Origin: Candidatus Latescibacterota bacterium
GTDB lineage: Bacteria > Krumholzibacteriota > Krumholzibacteriia > WVZY01
Assembly: GCA_963791045.1 (NCBI GenBank)
Contig: CAWBQK010000013.1
Span: 32,001 to 96,000, forward strand
DNA: 64,000 nt
Reading direction: 5' to 3'
Position 1 is the first letter of the stretch. Each line of letters opens with the position of its first letter. Below are positions 40,090 to 48,820 of the stretch, in pieces. The notes below the pieces were generated by a model that was not told the DNA's origin, made no database searches, and worked only from the letters and a program-made list of their open reading frames with translations. The position numbers and the translations under genes are program-made.

Positions 40090-40581
40090 TCACTTGATTA
40101 CCGTTCTGTACGTTACAGTGATGCCTTGTTTTGGCTGGACGGGCTCCGAGAGAGCCCAACGGAGATGCGTCACCATGTCCGGTGTTGCCTCCACCAATTC
40201 TTCCTCGCCGTTCTCGTTCGTCTGTTTGACGAGAATCGGCCAGGCCTGGTACGTTTTTCCTCCATCGATGCTGTACTCCACGTCGCCCGTTTTGAGCTCG
40301 GTGGCTGACGGATGGACGAATTCGGTACCCAACGGGATTCCGTCCGTTATGAAAATATTCTGTATGGGCTGGTCGCCGGTGTTGGTGTAGGTCAACCGAT
40401 ATTCAATTGTATCGTTTGGCCTCGCGTTATCAGCGGGAAGAAAATCTTCCACTCCCTGGTCGGTAACCACCACCCGAAAAGCCTCGAGACTGCCCGCCAG
40501 ATCCCCCCCGGCGGCAAATGCCATCGATGCGGTCAATCCGAGAACAAGCAGAAACACCGCAAAGAAGCGCTTCTCTATCAT
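40090..40581 (-). CDS. Small secreted single-DUF11 protein (putative chaperone/cap)
   Basis: GGAGG RBS, signal peptide, ARPNDTIEYRLTYTNTG, ITDGIPLGTEF, EYSIDGGKTY, THLRW, VTYRTVIK-stop. Confidence 0.8.
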   Translation of the reverse strand: MIEKRFFAVFLLVLGLTASMAFAAGGDLAGSLEAFRVVVTDQGVEDFLPADNARPNDTIEYRLTYTNTGDQPIQNIFITDGIPLGTEFVHPSATELKTGDVEYSIDGGKTYQAWPILVKQTNENGEEELVEATPDMVTHLRWALSEPVQPKQGITVTYRTVIK

Positions 40582-40695
40582 AAAGAGCCTCCTTAAAAAC
40601 TCCGGTCCGTGGATAATTTGAAACGTCGCGGCGAGGATCGATGACGTACCGAGGGGTAAGATTTCTTCCCCGCCTGTCCGGTCAGGGAGACAGAT

Positions 40696-40711
40696 AGCAA
40701 GGAGTGAACCA
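40696..40711 (-). promoter_or_regulatory. Putative sigma54 promoter of the DUF11 operon
   Basis: Minus strand TGGTTCACTCCTTGCT (GG-N10-GC); palindromes upstream at 40719..40744 and 40841..40857. Confidence 0.4.
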
Positions 40712-40928
40712 CCTATGAGAAGTGTCAAGGAACGATGACACCTCATGAGAAATCCCGCGTCGCTGTGGGGCGACCGACGGCGGTTTCTCCCCAATCACGG
40801 AACGACGGGGTAATTCAAGACGCAACACGAACGCGCAACCCCTTGCAAGATGCAAGGTTTCTGGCGAAGACACCCGGAACAGGCCGAAAAGTGTTGAATA
40901 TTCTCCACCCAATGGCAATTATTTGGTC

Positions 40929-41993
40929 ATGGACTTACCATCGCGCGCATCAAGGTACAGGCTGGCAATAGTCCTGGTGGTGTCACTGGCGACCGTGGCC
41001 TTCCATTACGGCCTCATCGTCAAGCCATCGGCGGGAGATGACGGATTTTTTCATGCGATACACGGGCGTCTCTGTTATATCCCGATCATCCTCGGCGCGA
41101 TCTGGTTTGGGGTTCGCGGCGGCCTCGGAATCGCTCTTTTTATAACGGCGCTCACAATCCCATACGCCCGGTACGGCCCGCACGCCCAACACGGCGCGGC
41201 GATCGGCGAATACACCGAGATGATTTTCTATGTCGCGATCGGCCTCACGGCGGGGTTTCTTATCGAACTTCAAAGACGAGAACGTAAAAGGCGGGAGGAG
41301 ATGGCCGACGAACTCGCCCGCCAGGAACACCTCTCATCGCTCGGGCAAATGGCCGCCGGTCTCGCCCATGAAATCAAAAACCCGCTCGGTTCGATAAAAG
41401 GATCCGCCGAAGTCATTGGCGACGATTATCCCGAAGGCACGCGCAAACATGAAATCGTCGAAGTGCTTTCGAAGGAAACCGACAGGTTGAATCGCGTCGT
41501 GGAAGATTTCCTCAAATTCGCGCGGCCGCGGCCGATAAACAAAGAGATGCGCGGGTTGAACTTTCTGCTCGAGGAAGTCGTGTTGCAGATTGGAGTGGAT
41601 GCAAACGCCCGCAACATCACAATCAAAAAAGACATCGACGTCGCACTTCCTGTGGCGCGGGTCGATCCCGAGAAAATGCGCCAGGTGTTTTTGAATATGC
41701 TGCTCAACGCCGTGAACGCGATGCCCGACGGGGGCACTATCCGTGTCGAAACCAAAGTGGACATCCGTGACGGCAAGAACGTCTTTCGCATCACATTCAT
41801 GGACGAGGGCGTCGGAATACCGCCCGAGGATGTCAAAAAAATATTCGATCCGTTTTTCACGCGGACGGACGGCGGGACGGGTCTTGGACTCTCGATTTCA
41901 CACTCCATCGTCCAGGAACACGGCGGCCATATCGAGGTCGAACCCAACCACCCGCGGGGGACGTCGATTTCCGTTATCCTGCCCTTTAAATAA
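40929..41993 (+). CDS. Membrane sensor histidine kinase
   Basis: About 4 TM helices, H-box LAHEIKNPL, N-box NMLLNA, DEGVGI, FDPFFT, GTGLGL. Confidence 0.93.
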   Translation: MDLPSRASRYRLAIVLVVSLATVAFHYGLIVKPSAGDDGFFHAIHGRLCYIPIILGAIWFGVRGGLGIALFITALTIPYARYGPHAQHGAAIGEYTEMIFYVAIGLTAGFLIELQRRERKRREEMADELARQEHLSSLGQMAAGLAHEIKNPLGSIKGSAEVIGDDYPEGTRKHEIVEVLSKETDRLNRVVEDFLKFARPRPINKEMRGLNFLLEEVVLQIGVDANARNITIKKDIDVALPVARVDPEKMRQVFLNMLLNAVNAMPDGGTIRVETKVDIRDGKNVFRITFMDEGVGIPPEDVKKIFDPFFTRTDGGTGLGLSISHSIVQEHGGHIEVEPNHPRGTSISVILPFK

Positions 41994-42004
41994 GAAAGCT
42001 GAGA

Positions 42005-43354
42005 ATGCCCAGGCCAACCATACTCATAGTCGATGATGACGCGAGCATCCGCAAAGTCCTCGGATTTATCCTCGAGGAGGCGGGCTATGCGATTCGCACG
42101 GAATCGTCGGGCGCGGCGGCAATCGCGGCCATTGAGAGCAAACGGCCCGACCTCGTAATGACCGATATCAAGATGCCCGGGATGGACGGGATTACGCTTC
42201 TCGGCGAAATTAAGAAAATCGACGACGGCATCCCCGTCATCGTGCTCACCGCGTTTGGCTCGGTGGAGACGGCCGTCGACGCCATGAAACTCGGGGCAAT
42301 CGATTATCTCACGAAACCAATCAGCCGGGATGAGCTTACACTCACCGTCGAGAAAACGCTCCGGATACGACAACTCGAAAAAGAGAACGTGTCGTTAAAA
42401 GAATCTCTCGCCGACAAGTTCGATGTGGCGAACATCATCGGACACTCCCCCGCCATGCAAAGCGTATTTGAAATCGTCCGGAAGGTGGCGGCCACGGACG
42501 CGTCGGTCCTGATAACCGGCGAAAGTGGAACCGGGAAGGAACTCATTGCAAGGGCAATTCACTTCAACTCCACCCGCAAGGATGCGCGGCTTGTCACGGT
42601 AAACTGCGCGGCGATTCCCGAGGACCTTCTTGAAAGTGAGCTTTTTGGGCATGTAAAGGGCGCGTTCACCGGAGCCATCAGGAAGAAGGACGGCAGGTTT
42701 CACCTGGCGCACAACGGGACCATTTTTCTCGACGAGATCGGATCGCTTCCCCGACCCCTCCAGGCAAAACTCCTTCGAGCGCTTCAGGAACAAGAAATCC
42801 AAAGGGTCGGCGAAGAAGAACCCACAACGGTCGACGTTCGTGTGATTTCAGCCACCAACCGTCCCCTGCCCGAGCTGATTCGCGACGGGGAATTTCGCGA
42901 CGATCTTTTTTACCGATTGAATGTCGTACCGGTCACCGTGCCACCGCTGCGTCAGCGCCGATCGGACATACCGCTTCTCGTCGATCACTTTAAGGGGGAC
43001 GGAGGAAAGGTAACGTTCACCGCCTCGGCGCTCGCGGCGCTCGAGGAGTACGAATGGCCGGGAAACGTGCGCGAGCTGGAAAATTTTTGTGAACGCATCG
43101 TGTTGATGTCAGGCTCGGGCACGATCGACGCCGCACCAGTACGGGAGCAGATCGAATTGATGAAAGCGGAACAAGCCCATATCGGATCACCGCAACAGGC
43201 AACGCTTCCCGAGGTGGAACGCCGCGCCGTGGTCGAAGCGCTTATCGACTGCAACTGGAACCAGTCGAAAGCCGCCCGCCGCCTCGGCATCCCACGGCAC
43301 GTTCTTCTCTATCGCATGAAGAAGTTCAACATCCACCGCGACCATTCCGACTAA
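42005..43354 (+). CDS. sigma54-dependent NtrC/AtoC-family response regulator
   Basis: REC domain (VDDD, DIKMP), GESGTGKE, GAFTGA, FLDEI, WPGNVREL, Fis-type HTH. Confidence 0.95.
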   Translation: MPRPTILIVDDDASIRKVLGFILEEAGYAIRTESSGAAAIAAIESKRPDLVMTDIKMPGMDGITLLGEIKKIDDGIPVIVLTAFGSVETAVDAMKLGAIDYLTKPISRDELTLTVEKTLRIRQLEKENVSLKESLADKFDVANIIGHSPAMQSVFEIVRKVAATDASVLITGESGTGKELIARAIHFNSTRKDARLVTVNCAAIPEDLLESELFGHVKGAFTGAIRKKDGRFHLAHNGTIFLDEIGSLPRPLQAKLLRALQEQEIQRVGEEEPTTVDVRVISATNRPLPELIRDGEFRDDLFYRLNVVPVTVPPLRQRRSDIPLLVDHFKGDGGKVTFTASALAALEEYEWPGNVRELENFCERIVLMSGSGTIDAAPVREQIELMKAEQAHIGSPQQATLPEVERRAVVEALIDCNWNQSKAARRLGIPRHVLLYRMKKFNIHRDHSD

Positions 43355-43425
43355 TAGCCCGGGACCATGATATACTGTTGAACCGCTCCCCGGAGACAAA
43401 TACAACTAACGCTAATGGCCTGAAA

Positions 43426-44505
43426 ATGAACAAAATCGAAATCCTCAACTGGAAAACCAAAGATCTGTCGACGGATGGACCCTTTGATTTCCGGCTCGAC
43501 CGCGGACCGGCCGGGCTGACGGAAACCGAAAATGCGGGCTCTACCGGCGAGCGTCTTCCCATCGGGGTTCCGGCGAGCCCGCCGGCGCTTCTTGAGACAG
43601 ACGCGGGTCACATTGTCATCCACGGACACAGGCAGATTGACGCGGCACTTTCCGAAGGCGCCGCGTCGATACCTTCAATCGTTTATCCGGCAGACACGCC
43701 CAGACAAACTGTCGTCACCCTGGCGCTCGAACAGTGCGCCATCCAGGGCGCCGGCCACCCGAGAGAAGAGAATAAACACAGCGGCGGCGCTCTTTCGGGC
43801 ATCGAAAAGATCCTGGCGATTTACAAAACGAGTTTGTACGCAGGCGGCGGCCTTGCGGCGGCAGGCGAGCCGCTAAAATTGGACACGCCGGTGTCCCCCC
43901 CCGACTGGATCGTTCCATTGTATGCAAATCTGCTCGGACGGCGGGTCTCCAAGCCATACCTCGCAAGGACCTGCACGGCTCTTGCATTCCCGGCGTCCGA
44001 ACTTCTCGCACTCGCGCGTTTCAATTTTACGATAGACCAGATCGCATCGATTCTCGTTCTCTCGCCGAAAGAGCGTGCCGCGGTCCTCGCCCTTCTCCGT
44101 GCCACCGCGTTTACGACGGCCGACCTCAGACAACTCGTCCGGCTCCTGATCCTGGCGCGCGGACGCGCAAAATTCGATCTCGAGCCGACGGCGGCGGCTG
44201 CGGCGAAGAACCAAAAGGGCGGTTCGGCGATCACCCGGGCAATTGAGATGGAGATTTATCCGGCGTTAACGGCCAGGAAACGGCGAATAGAGACCAGTCT
44301 CCGGGAGATGAGGCTGCCGAATCGGTTACGGATCAAGCCACCGGAAAACCTAGAAGGGGATTCGTTTTCGTGTTACTTTAGGTTTTCTCGGCTCGAGGAA
44401 CTTGCCGGTTATGTGGAATTACTCGGGCGGGCGGTGCAGGACGGCAGTGCGGGGAAGCTCCTCGATCTGTTGAATGACGGTGATGCGGACACGGAGGCAC
44501 AATGA
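43426..44505 (+). CDS. Divergent ParB/Srx N-terminal-like domain protein
   Basis: PPALL...IVIHGHRQIDAA...IPSIV resembles ParB-N; C-terminal IKPPENLEG; stop overlaps the M1 peptidase start. Confidence 0.45.
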   Translation: MNKIEILNWKTKDLSTDGPFDFRLDRGPAGLTETENAGSTGERLPIGVPASPPALLETDAGHIVIHGHRQIDAALSEGAASIPSIVYPADTPRQTVVTLALEQCAIQGAGHPREENKHSGGALSGIEKILAIYKTSLYAGGGLAAAGEPLKLDTPVSPPDWIVPLYANLLGRRVSKPYLARTCTALAFPASELLALARFNFTIDQIASILVLSPKERAAVLALLRATAFTTADLRQLVRLLILARGRAKFDLEPTAAAAAKNQKGGSAITRAIEMEIYPALTARKRRIETSLREMRLPNRLRIKPPENLEGDSFSCYFRFSRLEELAGYVELLGRAVQDGSAGKLLDLLNDGDADTEAQ

Positions 44506-47423
44506 GGCGTTTGTTCTTTCTACTGATTCTGGCGGCGGTCACTACCCCCTCACTGGCGGGAGCGCAGGAGTATTTCCAGCAAACCGTCGCCTACAAAATA
44601 AACGTTCGGCTCGACCCAAAAGAACACATGCTCACCGGGACCGAGGAGATCGTCTATACAAACAACTCTCCGGATACGCTCAAGGAGTTTTACCTCCATT
44701 TGTACCCGAACGCGTTCAAGTCAAAAGACACGGCGTTGATGACCGATGTACGCAAACGCTTCAACAGAACGATCTCCGACCTCCCCAAGAAATACAGAAG
44801 CTACCTGAACATCTATGACGTCCTGATCGACACAACACAAGTCTCTCCAATAATTGACGATACCATCGCCAAGTTCTTCCTGCCCCGTCCTCTGGCGCCG
44901 GGGGCAACCATGAAGATCTCGCTCCGATTCGAAGAAAAGGTTCGAAGGCACGCCGGTCGAGCCGGGTACCGCAAGGAGCACTATGACATCGCCCAGTGGT
45001 ACCCAAAAGTCGTCGTCTATGATGAGAAGCGATTCCATCCGGACAAGTTCCGGTTGGGAGAATTCTACGGCGAGTTCGCGGACTATGATGTCTCGATCGA
45101 TATTCCGATAAAGTACGTCATCGCCGCCACGGGAGTGCTCGAAGAGGGTGACGCAGGTTGGACGTACAACCCCGTGAAAGGCGACAGACGAAAGGGAGAG
45201 CGCGGGCAGGACAAAAAGTTCAAAACGGTCCGTTTCCGCGCCGAAAACGTCCACGATTTCGCGTGGAGCGCGAATCCGCGATTCAGCGTCCAGACACAAA
45301 CACTCAATGATGTCGAAATAATGAGCTTTTTCGACCGGGGCAACAAGTCGTGGAGAGACTCCACGCTGGCGCACGGAGTTCGCGCCGTCGAGTGGCTCTC
45401 AGAGAGGGTCGGGCTGTACCCGTATCCGCAGCTTTCCCTGGTCCAGGGACTGTTGCGCGGGGGGATGGAGTACCCGATGCTCGTCATGGACGGTCACGTG
45501 AGCGAATCGCTCGTCGTTCACGAAGTCGGCCACAACTGGTTTTACGGCGCTCTGGCGAATAACGAAAGAAACTCGGCATGGCTCGACGAAGGACTGACAA
45601 CATTCCAGACCGATTGGTACCTGACCGAACGTTACGGCAAATGGGGCAATAAGAAGAAGTGGAACCTGTACGAAAAAATCACGCCTCAATACACACTCGT
45701 CGAAAAACAGAGGCGACGGGTTCTTCCCCTCATGCGCAGAGGATATTCCGAGCGCCTATCCAAGCCGGCGGAGAATTACAAACACGATTACGCGGCGATG
45801 GTTTACGGCAAAGGCTCGTTGATGTTCAACGCGCTGCGTTATGTCGTGGGCGAAGAGGATTTCGAAGAAATACTCAAAACTTACTATGAACGCTGGAAAT
45901 TCAAACACGTCAACGAGGAGAGATTCCAGGCGGTGTGCGAAGAAGTCAGCGGCATGGACCTCAATCTGTTCTTCGAGCAGTGGATCCACACGATCAAGGT
46001 TTGTGATTACAATCTCTCCAAAATGAAAACCACGGTCAATGAAAGCGGCGACGGCTACGTAACGGAGATAACCATTTTCAGACTCGGCGAAGTTGTACTG
46101 CCGCTCAATCTCAAGATTACGTTCCGCGATGGAACCACACAAACAACGCGAATCGAAGGCCGGCTGCGGACTATCAAAAAAACTTACTCGTTTCCGTCGA
46201 AGCCAAAGAAAGCGGCGCTCAACCCGGAAAACGAGATCCTCGACATTAACATGGCGGACAACTTCCTGCCGCGGCGCTACTCGCTTCAGATCGACTGGCC
46301 AAACAACCGATACTACCCGGAGGATTCGTACCAAATCAGGCATCACCCGTATGTTTGGTACAACGATGTGGACGGCCCAAGAGTCGGTCTTCATTTCAAG
46401 GGAAGCAACGCCGAGTGGAGCCGCCGCTTCAAATTGGGATTGTACTACGGCGTGGACAGCGGCCGGCTTGATGTCGCCGCCAAGTGGATACGTCCCTCGT
46501 CCATTTTCGGCACGCACACATTCGGCATTTTGTCCGGTTACAAACTTGAAGGCCGCCAGGACATAAACGTTGAACTCGCGTATCGCCGTCGAAAAGAACT
46601 GTCGCGTCCGCCGACTCACAATTTCGCGATCGGCATGAACTACCACGAACTCCGGCGCTCGCAGTACATCTCCAACCCGGAACAGTACCAGGAAAACTCG
46701 GACGTCGCGCCGTACATAAATTACCAGGTCGACCCGCAGTTCGATCTCTTCTCGACCGACCTCGACTTCGGCCTGCGGTTCGGACGAGAGTGGTTCGGCG
46801 GCCGATCTAAGTACACCCGGTTCAACAGTTCGGTTGGCTTGAAATCACGCCCCGAGCTCTCTCGCTTCGACACGCGTTTTCGGATGTTTTTTGGTGTCGT
46901 GGATGCGGAATCCCCGTATCAGCAGAAGTTCTATCTTGCCGGCGGCGGCCCTCTTGCCGAGGAAAAGGTATTCTTCCTCCGAAGCCCCGGCGCCATCCCC
47001 AAGGATCTCAATTACCACGAGCCCGGACACGGCAACCTCAGAGGTTATTTCACGGGGAATTTTGGCGTGAATCGTCTGTTCTCGCTCAATCTTGAAATGG
47101 GCGGCAAGGTGCCCCTGATCTCGAGCAGCAAAAAGAAATTTCTCGGCGAGATTAAGGTATATGCTTTTGGAGATGCCGGGTGGGTTATGGATTCAACAAA
47201 TCCCATCGGGACGAGCGAACGGATTGGAGATCTCGTCAACGATGGGATCTTTGATGACACACTTGCCGATGCGGGGATCGGTTTTACTCTCGCGCGGGAT
47301 CTTCCCTTCTGGAAAATGCTGCTGAGACTCGACATCCCCTTCTGGGTGGGGCAGCCAAAGATAAACGGCGAAACCCAACAGACCCAACACCGCTACGTTT
47401 TCAGTCTCAAAACATCATTCTAA
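44502..47423 (+). CDS. M1-family zinc aminopeptidase with C-terminal outer-membrane barrel-like domain
   Basis: Signal peptide, YFQQ, QWYPK, VHDFAW, GGMEYP, HEVGHNWF...WLDEG, VYGKG; C-terminal LRGY, FGDAG, LRLDIPFW, terminal F. Confidence 0.88.
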   Translation: MRRLFFLLILAAVTTPSLAGAQEYFQQTVAYKINVRLDPKEHMLTGTEEIVYTNNSPDTLKEFYLHLYPNAFKSKDTALMTDVRKRFNRTISDLPKKYRSYLNIYDVLIDTTQVSPIIDDTIAKFFLPRPLAPGATMKISLRFEEKVRRHAGRAGYRKEHYDIAQWYPKVVVYDEKRFHPDKFRLGEFYGEFADYDVSIDIPIKYVIAATGVLEEGDAGWTYNPVKGDRRKGERGQDKKFKTVRFRAENVHDFAWSANPRFSVQTQTLNDVEIMSFFDRGNKSWRDSTLAHGVRAVEWLSERVGLYPYPQLSLVQGLLRGGMEYPMLVMDGHVSESLVVHEVGHNWFYGALANNERNSAWLDEGLTTFQTDWYLTERYGKWGNKKKWNLYEKITPQYTLVEKQRRRVLPLMRRGYSERLSKPAENYKHDYAAMVYGKGSLMFNALRYVVGEEDFEEILKTYYERWKFKHVNEERFQAVCEEVSGMDLNLFFEQWIHTIKVCDYNLSKMKTTVNESGDGYVTEITIFRLGEVVLPLNLKITFRDGTTQTTRIEGRLRTIKKTYSFPSKPKKAALNPENEILDINMADNFLPRRYSLQIDWPNNRYYPEDSYQIRHHPYVWYNDVDGPRVGLHFKGSNAEWSRRFKLGLYYGVDSGRLDVAAKWIRPSSIFGTHTFGILSGYKLEGRQDINVELAYRRRKELSRPPTHNFAIGMNYHELRRSQYISNPEQYQENSDVAPYINYQVDPQFDLFSTDLDFGLRFGREWFGGRSKYTRFNSSVGLKSRPELSRFDTRFRMFFGVVDAESPYQQKFYLAGGGPLAEEKVFFLRSPGAIPKDLNYHEPGHGNLRGYFTGNFGVNRLFSLNLEMGGKVPLISSSKKKFLGEIKVYAFGDAGWVMDSTNPIGTSERIGDLVNDGIFDDTLADAGIGFTLARDLPFWKMLLRLDIPFWVGQPKINGETQQTQHRYVFSLKTSF

Positions 47424-47490
47424 CGCTTTCGCCGGCCGGGCTGTTAGACGCACGACCGGCTCCGCACCTTCGGGCTCCGCACGCAGACGG

Positions 47491-48591
47491 CTACCCTAGT
47501 ATGTCTTTGACCGCTGCAACGACCTCATCGACCATCTCGTCGGTGAGCTCGGGGTACATCGGAAGCGAAACGATTTCCTTGGCCGCTTTCTCCGCCACCG
47601 GAAACGCGCCTTCGCCAATCCCAAGGTCCTCGTAGGCCTTCTGCAGATGAAGCGGCACGGGATAATGGATCCCGGCGGCGATTCCGCGTTCGCCAAGCCC
47701 GTTGAGCAGCTTGTCCCGATCCGGCGTCCTTACAACATAGAGATGATAAACATGGTACCGTCCGGGGCCTTCCCTGACCGGACGAACCGGCCCGTCGGCA
47801 AATCCTTCGTCGTATCGTTTCGCGCGGCTGCGGCGGCTTTCGTTCCAACCGTCAATGTAACCCAGCTTGACATCGAGAACCGCCGCCTGGATTCCATCCA
47901 GACGGTAATTAAAACCCACGTGTGAATGTGTGTACTTGTCGAAACGGCCGTGATTGCCCAGGCGCCGCATAAAGTCCGCCTGGTCGGCATCATCGGTCAC
48001 GATCATACCCGCGTCCCCGTACGCGCCGAGATTTTTGCCCGGATAAAAACTGTAACAGGTGAGGTCACCCAAAAGAGCCCTCCGGCTCCCATTGAGATTC
48101 GCGCCGTGGGCCTGAGCGGCATCGGCAACGACCTTTATGGAGTGACGCGATGCGATATCCATAATCGCCTCCATGTCCGCGCTCTGGCCGTAGAGGTGGA
48201 CGGGAACAATCGCCTTGGTCTTGTCCGTGATCGCCGCCTCGACTTGTTCCGGATCGATCGTCAGCGTATCGTCGGTTACGTCCACAAGAACCGGGCGCGC
48301 GCCGGTGTGTGAAATCGCCTCCGTTGTCGCAATAAACGTGTTGGTCGCCGTGATGACTTCATCGCCGGGGCCAATGCCGAGCGTGGTCAGCGCCAGGTGA
48401 AGCGCCGACGTACCGCTGCTCGTTCCGACGCCGTATCCGGCCTCGACATATTTCGCATAATTCTTCTCGAGAGTTTCCAGCTTCTTGCCACCGACGAATG
48501 CCGTGTTCTCGATAATTTGCGCGATCGCGGGATCGACCTCGCTCTTAATGCTCTGGTACTGGGCTTTGAGATCGACAAACGGGATTCCCAT
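47491..48591 (-). CDS. DegT/DnrJ/EryC1/StrS sugar aminotransferase
   Basis: IPFVDLKAQY, SGTSALHLAL, VHLYGQ, DAAQAHGA, SFYPGKNLGAYGDAG, LSLPMYP-like end. Confidence 0.95.
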   Translation of the reverse strand: MGIPFVDLKAQYQSIKSEVDPAIAQIIENTAFVGGKKLETLEKNYAKYVEAGYGVGTSSGTSALHLALTTLGIGPGDEVITATNTFIATTEAISHTGARPVLVDVTDDTLTIDPEQVEAAITDKTKAIVPVHLYGQSADMEAIMDIASRHSIKVVADAAQAHGANLNGSRRALLGDLTCYSFYPGKNLGAYGDAGMIVTDDADQADFMRRLGNHGRFDKYTHSHVGFNYRLDGIQAAVLDVKLGYIDGWNESRRSRAKRYDEGFADGPVRPVREGPGRYHVYHLYVVRTPDRDKLLNGLGERGIAAGIHYPVPLHLQKAYEDLGIGEGAFPVAEKAAKEIVSLPMYPELTDEMVDEVVAAVKDILG

Positions 48592-48747
48592 GACTGGTAT
48601 CACCTTTCGATATGAATTCTAATCTTTATGAAGGATGCATCCGGCGGAGGAACTTCACCACCAATCCACCCAAATATCAGCTATGCAGAATACCACATAT
48701 AACCTGACGCGGCAAGGCGTTACGTGCATAAAACGCGCCAGAAAGGT

Positions 48748-48777
48748 TTGACAACCGCGCAAAAACACCGATAGAAT
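48748..48777 (+). promoter_or_regulatory. sigma70-type promoter
   Basis: TTGACA-18 bp-TAGAAT upstream of 48821. Confidence 0.55.
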
Positions 48778-48820
48778 GGATTTTCGGTGAGGATGGGAGC
48801 ACACTCACGATTGGAGCCCA

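Noticed and set aside
40600-40900. c-di-GMP riboswitch upstream of the DUF11 operon
   Set aside because: No GGCAAA...GAAA...GACGCAAA-type class I pattern seen on the minus strand; class II not excluded without Infernal
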